Positions 58,306 to 64,000 of a DNA stretch of 64,000 bases are shown piece after piece. Each line of letters starts with the position of its first letter. The first letter of the stretch is position 1. The notes under the pieces are model-generated. The model was not told where the DNA came from. It saw only the letters and a list, made by a program, of their open reading frames with translations, and ran no database searches. Source of the DNA: an uncultured virus (IMG/VR IMGVR_UViG_3300029305_005063) (lineage: Duplodnaviria; Heunggongvirae; Uroviricota; Caudoviricetes); IMG/VR virus record IMGVR_UViG_3300029305_005063, one strand, 5' to 3'. A program made the position numbers and the translations under genes.

Positions 58306-58367
58306 GACACATTTTATGATTGATTTTTGGTCTAAATCCGCCAAATTTACTAAGGAGATTATCCATC

Positions 58368-59156
58368 ATGGCTGATGCAGAGGACGCAGAACTTCGCCGC
58401 CTTATGGATAAGGCGGGTGAAGCTATTATCAACCCACTGAGAGAACCCATCCGAGAGATCTACATCGAAACAGATCTACTGTACGATTATCGTCTCGGTG
58501 CTCTCATGCTCAAACTCAAGAATGAAGATGAGTTCAGCTACGTGAAGGAACGGATCCCTGCCTACGAGAAAGGTCCGCTTCCTACTATCACGTCGTACTT
58601 TCCCAAGCTTAACATCACAGAGGAAGAGTTGGATCTTCTTGAAGGTGATCCCGTGTTCGAGAAGTATCTCCACGTGGCAGCTCCTGCCACGCAGTTCTTG
58701 ATGGACTTGCCCAACCTCATTGTGAGAGTCAACACATTCAACAGCAACAAGCTTGATCCCCCTCCACTCACGGTTCATCTCAACCAGCGTAAACACATCA
58801 TGCCTCCTCACATCAGGAAGCGACTTCTTGATGCGATCGCTGTTCAGGATAACCACGCCAAGATCATCTTCGATAACTTCGAAACTTGGTCTGATGTTCC
58901 GGAGGATCTGTTCAAGCGCTGCAGGATGTTGTTCATCTACGACCTGATAGATTTCTGCAGACTAGGTGGTGTGCCAGCGAGATTCATGCACGATATGCAA
59001 GTGAATGACAAGACTCTTGTTGCCAACTTCATGACGGAAGGTGGATTCCCTGATGAGAAGACACATCTCGATGCCATCACTAAATTCTGCGCAGTTATGT
59101 CTGCATTGTTCGGTAATTTCCAGTTTATGACAAAAGCTGTACTCATCGAAAGGTAG
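58368..59156 (+). CDS. hypothetical late protein
   Basis: Start MADAED behind AAGGAG; late motif 58310-58318; LLYDYRLGAL motif. Confidence 0.65.
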   Translation: MADAEDAELRRLMDKAGEAIINPLREPIREIYIETDLLYDYRLGALMLKLKNEDEFSYVKERIPAYEKGPLPTITSYFPKLNITEEELDLLEGDPVFEKYLHVAAPATQFLMDLPNLIVRVNTFNSNKLDPPPLTVHLNQRKHIMPPHIRKRLLDAIAVQDNHAKIIFDNFETWSDVPEDLFKRCRMLFIYDLIDFCRLGGVPARFMHDMQVNDKTLVANFMTEGGFPDEKTHLDAITKFCAVMSALFGNFQFMTKAVLIER

Positions 59157-59163
59157 CTGATTT

Positions 59164-62100
59164 ATGGCGAAATCCGATAAGAACCGCGAAAGGGATAGAG
59201 AGCTCGATACCGAGATCGACATGGAGGAAATGGACGATCTCACTCTCGAAGATCCTTGGGGCGGTGAATCGTCTACTGACGATACTGGTGGACGAAAACC
59301 AGCGAATCCATCTCGACGCATACTGACTGAAGGCGTTAAGGGCATGGCCGAAGGAGCCATGGAGACAGTTGGTACCGAACTCGAACGCAACATGCCGAAC
59401 CTTGGTGTTGTTGCTTCCGAGGTTAAAGGCACCTACGAGGACATCCTCGAAGTTAAGGATGAGATCTCCAAGCAGCTCCAGCCGCTTACGCTCTCCATGG
59501 AGAAGACCGCACGTAAGATCCTCCCTCGTGCGGAGAAACTTCTCCCGAAGTCTTGGTACCAAAAGATCAAGACGACGCTCGATCGTCGTGAAGATGAGCG
59601 TCGCGCTGCATCTGGTGCTCCTTCGAGGTCAGTTGAGTCTGAGCGCGCCGATTTGATTTCTAGCGAGCTTGCTGCTGTATTCCAGCAGCAGCTTGAGATG
59701 AACCAGCACAACGAGCTCGAAGAGAAGAAACGCGAGCTCATGGATCGTGCGGTTTCGTCGACTCAGCATCGTGACGACCAGCATGCGTACGCTCGCATTT
59801 ACGACTCCGTACGCTCGATAGAGCTGTCGCATCGTACGCACATGCTTGCGTACATGAAGAAGAGCTTGGAACTCAAGTACAAGCATCTCTTCATTGCCCA
59901 GGACACTTTCAACTTGCTGTCTCGCACAGCGTCCGTCTATGAAGGTTACCTGCAGGGTATAGTCAAGAACACCAGCCTGCCTGATGTGATGAAGACGAAT
60001 ATGTCTGACTACATCAGGAAGTCTCGTACCGACAAGTACGGTACGATGATGGCTGACTTCATGTCTAATGCCCGCAAGATCTTCTTCGATCGTGTCAAGT
60101 CCTCCATCAAGAACCTCGGAAGCAATCTCCAGTTCGCCATGTCTGGTATCGACCAGACGATGGAAGGCATCGACATGGCGAACGAGATGGGCGAGATGAC
60201 TGGCGACAGCAATGCTGGAACTGCCATGGCAGCCCGCATGGGTGGCGGACTTCTCGGAAGCCTCCTTGCTGCTGGTCCTACTCGTCGCCTGCTCCAGAAG
60301 TTCGCTCCGTGGACGAGAACCATCAACGGTAAACTCGGCAACGTTAAGACCCGTGCTTACATGGGCCTCGACAAGAAGAGAGCCGAGTGGTCACAGTCTG
60401 GTAACTTCTTCAAGGAACTTATTGCTGACTTCCTTCCGTCCATCAACACAGGTGTAACTGGTTCCAACGACCTCCTCACTAAAGGTGAGGACGCTGCTGC
60501 GTTCGATAAGATCACGCGCCAGTCGATCGTTGAAATCATCCCTGGATACTTGGGCAAGATCTGGCACGAGATCGCCATGCTCCGCACGGGGCGTGATGAT
60601 ATCGAGGAGCAGGGATTCAACCTGCATCGTCGTAGGTTCACTACGGTAAGCCAGATCCAGGAAGACATCTTCAATGATGAACGCATGTTCGGTGGTAAGG
60701 GCATACAGACACAGGCTGTGTCCAGGGCTCTCGCTACCGTTCGTCGTGGTATCAAGCACAAGTCTCCTGATGAGAACGCCGAGAATGTTCTTAAGGGCAA
60801 AGAAGACGTTCTGTCCAAGATCATCGCCAACCACGTTCAGTGGCGCGAGCATTTTGATCCTGACACTCTGAGTCAGTTCGCAGCTGCTCCTAACAGCGAA
60901 CGCTTCGCTCGCAACTCTTACATCCAGAAAATCAGCAAGGGTATCAACCTTAGGGATTTCGTCGTTGTTACGAGGGCTATCGCAAGAGGTCTCACTGACA
61001 AGGACGGCAAGCTCAATACTGATCTGTGCAGGAACTTCGACAACGCCATACTCGACGCATGGCAACAGGCTGACTCGTACCTCAAGACGACTCCGTACTT
61101 CACGGAAGCGATGGGTATGCGTCGGTTCATGGCTGACGTCGATGAAGTGTCTGTTCTCGAGGATGTTCTCGATGAGAACGGTAAGGTTGTTGGACAGGCG
61201 AAGAAGATCATCCAGAAAGGCCGTCGTGGCCTGATAGGCGACAGCAACAAGATCAATCGCGACCTTGTCGGTGAGCGCATGTCCAGATTTGAGTCTGGAG
61301 ATGTTGCTGCTTACGAACAGGGCTACGACCGCGATCTCCAGGGTTATCTGTCTGATCTCGATTATGTCCGCACTCGTCTCCACGAGATGAAGGATGATCT
61401 CAAGAAGTCGAGGACTTACAAGAGCGCTGTTGATTTCTGGACTGCTGCTTCTGCTCCGTTCAAGACTCCTGGTGTTCCTACACCTGGAGCTCCTGGTGCG
61501 GCCGGTGCAACTCCTAAGGACGTCGTTCCTGGTGCTGAAGGTAGTCCTGATTTCATGGGGCCGATGCCGTTTGACAAACTCCCCAAGAGCCAACAGGTCG
61601 AATTCCTTCTCCGTAGAGGTGACTATCGAGGCGCTGCTGCAGCTGGCCTCAAGGGTGCTGCAGGCTCTGTCGTCGATTTCGCTAAGAAGGCTGGTACTGC
61701 CGTCAACAATGTGTCTGGAGTTGCAGCCGCTAAGGTTGGAGCTTCGGGTACTCTGAGGTCGTGGGCTAAGGATACTTGGAACTGGGTTGACAAGAAGCTT
61801 GATTCTCTTCCTCAGTCTCCTGAGGAGGTTGAAGCTTGCATCGACAATCTTGGTGATCAGTGCGCTTCTCTCTGGAAGAAAACTCCTAAGGATCGTAAGG
61901 CAGCTCTCAAGAGACTCCGTCAGCTTGAGAAGAAGCTTCGTAAACGCTTCCCTAAACAGGCAGCGTTCATCGACGCTAAGATCAAGCAGATGGAGGAGTA
62001 CGAGAAGGCTATTGAAGATTCTCGTGTCGGCAAGTTCGTCAAGGCTACTGGAAAGTATGCCAAGAAGAAAGCTGATCCTTACGTCGAGAAGGTTTCGAAG

Positions 62101-64000
62101 GCGACAGGTCACGCGCTTGATGCGGTCAAGGAGAAAGCTCATGAGGTTGAAAGCAAGATAGTTGCCAACATCTCTGAGTCGACTGGTGTTCCAGCAGAGA
62201 CGCTATCTAAGGCTCTCCGTGGAGACAAGGAAGCTCTTGAAGCTGTTAAGAAAGCTGCGCCTGAAGTCTGGGATAAGATCAAGCAGGAGCAGCTCAGCAA
62301 GGAAGCCCTCGAAAAGCGTAAAGAATCCATCGTTCAGGGTGCTAAGGATCTTAAGGACACCATCAACGAGTCCATCAAGGAAGGTGTGAAGCAGGCTGGT
62401 GCTGCGTATGCTGCATCCAAGGCTACTGCCGCCGAATATGGTGCTGCGTTCCGCGAAGGAGCTGGCATCAAGGACAAAGTTGAAGGTCCCAAGGTAGAAG
62501 GTGTTGAGGCTGACATACCTGACACCACGATCACTCCTGACAAGCCGAGGGATCTCGTCAACGATGAGTTGATGAAACTCTTGACTGAGTGGAGAGACGC
62601 TACAACGACTGAGCACACCAAGATCTCTGACCTTGTAACTGCGATCGGTCAGCAGCTCGCTGACGGTATCAACGTGAACGGTATCGGAGGTGGCGGCGGT
62701 GGTGGTGAAGGCACCATCAAGCGTAAACGCTACGGTCTGTTCGGTAGAGCTGGAGACGCAATATCGCGCGGTGCTAAAGGTCTCGGTGGTGCACTCTGGA
62801 GCGGAGCTAAGAAAGTCGGTGGACTCTACACCACGATCTACGGTTCTCTCTGGAGAGGTGCTTCCAACGTTGCTGGATCTGTTTATCGCGGAGCCGCTAA
62901 CGCTGCACGGTTCGTTACTTCGGAAATCGGAGTGACTCCTTATCTGGACTTGTACGTCAAGGGACAGGAAGGTTCTGCACCTATCCTTACCTGGCGTAAA
63001 CAGGCCTACGGCAAGGGTGTTGTCTTCGTGAATGACGATGGCTCCTTGGGAGACCGAGTCAAGACCACGAAGGAAATCATCAAGAGCAAGAAGCAGGTTG
63101 CTGATCCTGAGACTGGTAACATTCTCGTCTCGTATGAGGATCATGAGAAAGGACTCTGGTGCAGAGCCTCTGGACTTTCCACGATTTCTCGTATGGGCAT
63201 GCTCGGCATCCGTGCGTACGGTAGCATCTACAGTTCTGCTATCAAGGCTGTTGGTGGCATAGGCAAAGTCGTTGCTGAAGGCATCTTCGGTAAAGGCGGT
63301 GGAGAGGCCCCTAAGTTCGTTGACGTGTATCTCAAAGGTCACATCAAAGACGGTCCTCTCGTCACGCGTCGTCAGCAGGTCAAGGGATTTGTAGTGTTTA
63401 AGGATGGTTCGAAGGTTGAAAGATCTTCTGACATCCACGAGCCTGTCTACGACATCACGACCGACCCTCCGTCTATCCTCGTAACTGAGGAACAGATCAA
63501 GGAAGGTCTCTGCGATGTCAACGGCAATCCTCTTGGCACCGGCACTCCTGGAAGAGAAGGTCTTCTTGGCAAGATGTTCAACCTCGGAGGAACCATCGCT
63601 AAAGGCATATTCGGCAAAACCGGATTGAAGATAGTCGGTGGTGCACTCAGTGGTCTGGGCGCTATGTACAAGGGTATCTTCGATGCTATCCTGGGTGGTG
63701 GTTCTGCTATCGGTCGTGGCGTTGCCAACATCGGTGCTCGACTGTTCGGTTTCGATAACCCCAACGGGTTCGGTCGTAAAGCTTTCACGGGTTTGAACAC
63801 TCGTCTTGATGCACTCATCCGTGTTGCGGAAGCTATCCGTGACATCGCTGGTGAGATCAGGGACAACGGTGGAACAGGTGGAGGTGGTGGTAGTGGAGAC
63901 GGAGGAAGTGGTGGAGGATCTGGTGGTCTTTCTCCTAAGGGTGGACCTGGAGGTGGCAGACGTAGACGTCGCACCAGAAGGACTGCTCGTAGGACTGCTG
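59164..64000 (+). CDS. giant virion tail-associated protein (phiKZ gp181-like), 3'-truncated
   Basis: Frame open from ATG 59164 to window end (>1600 aa, absent from track for lack of stop); YMKKSLELKYKH..KNTSLPD, FDKITRQSIVEIIPGYL, repeated D(L/V)Y(V/L)KG..P motifs. Confidence 0.8.
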   Translation, partial: MAKSDKNRERDRELDTEIDMEEMDDLTLEDPWGGESSTDDTGGRKPANPSRRILTEGVKGMAEGAMETVGTELERNMPNLGVVASEVKGTYEDILEVKDEISKQLQPLTLSMEKTARKILPRAEKLLPKSWYQKIKTTLDRREDERRAASGAPSRSVESERADLISSELAAVFQQQLEMNQHNELEEKKRELMDRAVSSTQHRDDQHAYARIYDSVRSIELSHRTHMLAYMKKSLELKYKHLFIAQDTFNLLSRTASVYEGYLQGIVKNTSLPDVMKTNMSDYIRKSRTDKYGTMMADFMSNARKIFFDRVKSSIKNLGSNLQFAMSGIDQTMEGIDMANEMGEMTGDSNAGTAMAARMGGGLLGSLLAAGPTRRLLQKFAPWTRTINGKLGNVKTRAYMGLDKKRAEWSQSGNFFKELIADFLPSINTGVTGSNDLLTKGEDAAAFDKITRQSIVEIIPGYLGKIWHEIAMLRTGRDDIEEQGFNLHRRRFTTVSQIQEDIFNDERMFGGKGIQTQAVSRALATVRRGIKHKSPDENAENVLKGKEDVLSKIIANHVQWREHFDPDTLSQFAAAPNSERFARNSYIQKISKGINLRDFVVVTRAIARGLTDKDGKLNTDLCRNFDNAILDAWQQADSYLKTTPYFTEAMGMRRFMADVDEVSVLEDVLDENGKVVGQAKKIIQKGRRGLIGDSNKINRDLVGERMSRFESGDVAAYEQGYDRDLQGYLSDLDYVRTRLHEMKDDLKKSRTYKSAVDFWTAASAPFKTPGVPTPGAPGAAGATPKDVVPGAEGSPDFMGPMPFDKLPKSQQVEFLLRRGDYRGAAAAGLKGAAGSVVDFAKKAGTAVNNVSGVAAAKVGASGTLRSWAKDTWNWVDKKLDSLPQSPEEVEACIDNLGDQCASLWKKTPKDRKAALKRLRQLEKKLRKRFPKQAAFIDAKIKQMEEYEKAIEDSRVGKFVKATGKYAKKKADPYVEKVSKATGHALDAVKEKAHEVESKIVANISESTGVPAETLSKALRGDKEALEAVKKAAPEVWDKIKQEQLSKEALEKRKESIVQGAKDLKDTINESIKEGVKQAGAAYAASKATAAEYGAAFREGAGIKDKVEGPKVEGVEADIPDTTITPDKPRDLVNDELMKLLTEWRDATTTEHTKISDLVTAIGQQLADGINVNGIGGGGGGGEGTIKRKRYGLFGRAGDAISRGAKGLGGALWSGAKKVGGLYTTIYGSLWRGASNVAGSVYRGAANAARFVTSEIGVTPYLDLYVKGQEGSAPILTWRKQAYGKGVVFVNDDGSLGDRVKTTKEIIKSKKQVADPETGNILVSYEDHEKGLWCRASGLSTISRMGMLGIRAYGSIYSSAIKAVGGIGKVVAEGIFGKGGGEAPKFVDVYLKGHIKDGPLVTRRQQVKGFVVFKDGSKVERSSDIHEPVYDITTDPPSILVTEEQIKEGLCDVNGNPLGTGTPGREGLLGKMFNLGGTIAKGIFGKTGLKIVGGALSGLGAMYKGIFDAILGGGSAIGRGVANIGARLFGFDNPNGFGRKAFTGLNTRLDALIRVAEAIRDIAGEIRDNGGTGGGGGSGDGGSGGGSGGLSPKGGPGGGRRRRRTRRTARRTA

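Noticed and set aside
60391..63974. Long minus-strand ORFs (583, 411, 175 aa)
   Set aside because: Antisense shadows of the giant plus-strand gene; biased codon usage leaves the reverse frame open
1..64000. Stop-codon reassignment
   Set aside because: Conserved genes are full length in code 11, and TAA, TAG and TGA all terminate genes

Overview
This 64 kb window comes from a phiKZ-like jumbo phage genome (standard code 11). The evidence is split multisubunit RNA polymerase subunits of the virion type (gp178-like beta at 52579-56946, gp180-like beta' with DFDGD at 38406-40094), a giant gp181-like virion protein running off the right end, and a dispersed family of internal-head-like proteins with [AGS]-x-E processing motifs. 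Repeated TATTAC-type early and TATG-type late promoter motifs support the same assignment. Accessory genes include ThyX, dUTPase, NUDIX, HAD and DHH hydrolases, a papain-like peptidase, a lipoprotein metacaspase, an LpxR-family lipid A deacylase and a papain-fold toxin domain. The most unusual part is a minus-strand RNA island at about 11.3-15.1 kb. It holds tRNA-Met(CAT), a double-T-loop RNA, two rod-shaped 6S-like RNAs, tmRNA, two aberrant tRNA-like RNAs whose anticodon loops are both self-complementary hexamers, and a ~550 nt highly structured OLE-like RNA. It ends in an acyl carrier protein whose phosphopantetheine Ser is replaced by Glu. I infer this may be a cluster of RNA and protein mimics or decoys. 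All family assignments come from motif recognition by eye; no searches were run. Several start codons were moved from the ORF track to the nearest SD-supported ATG.
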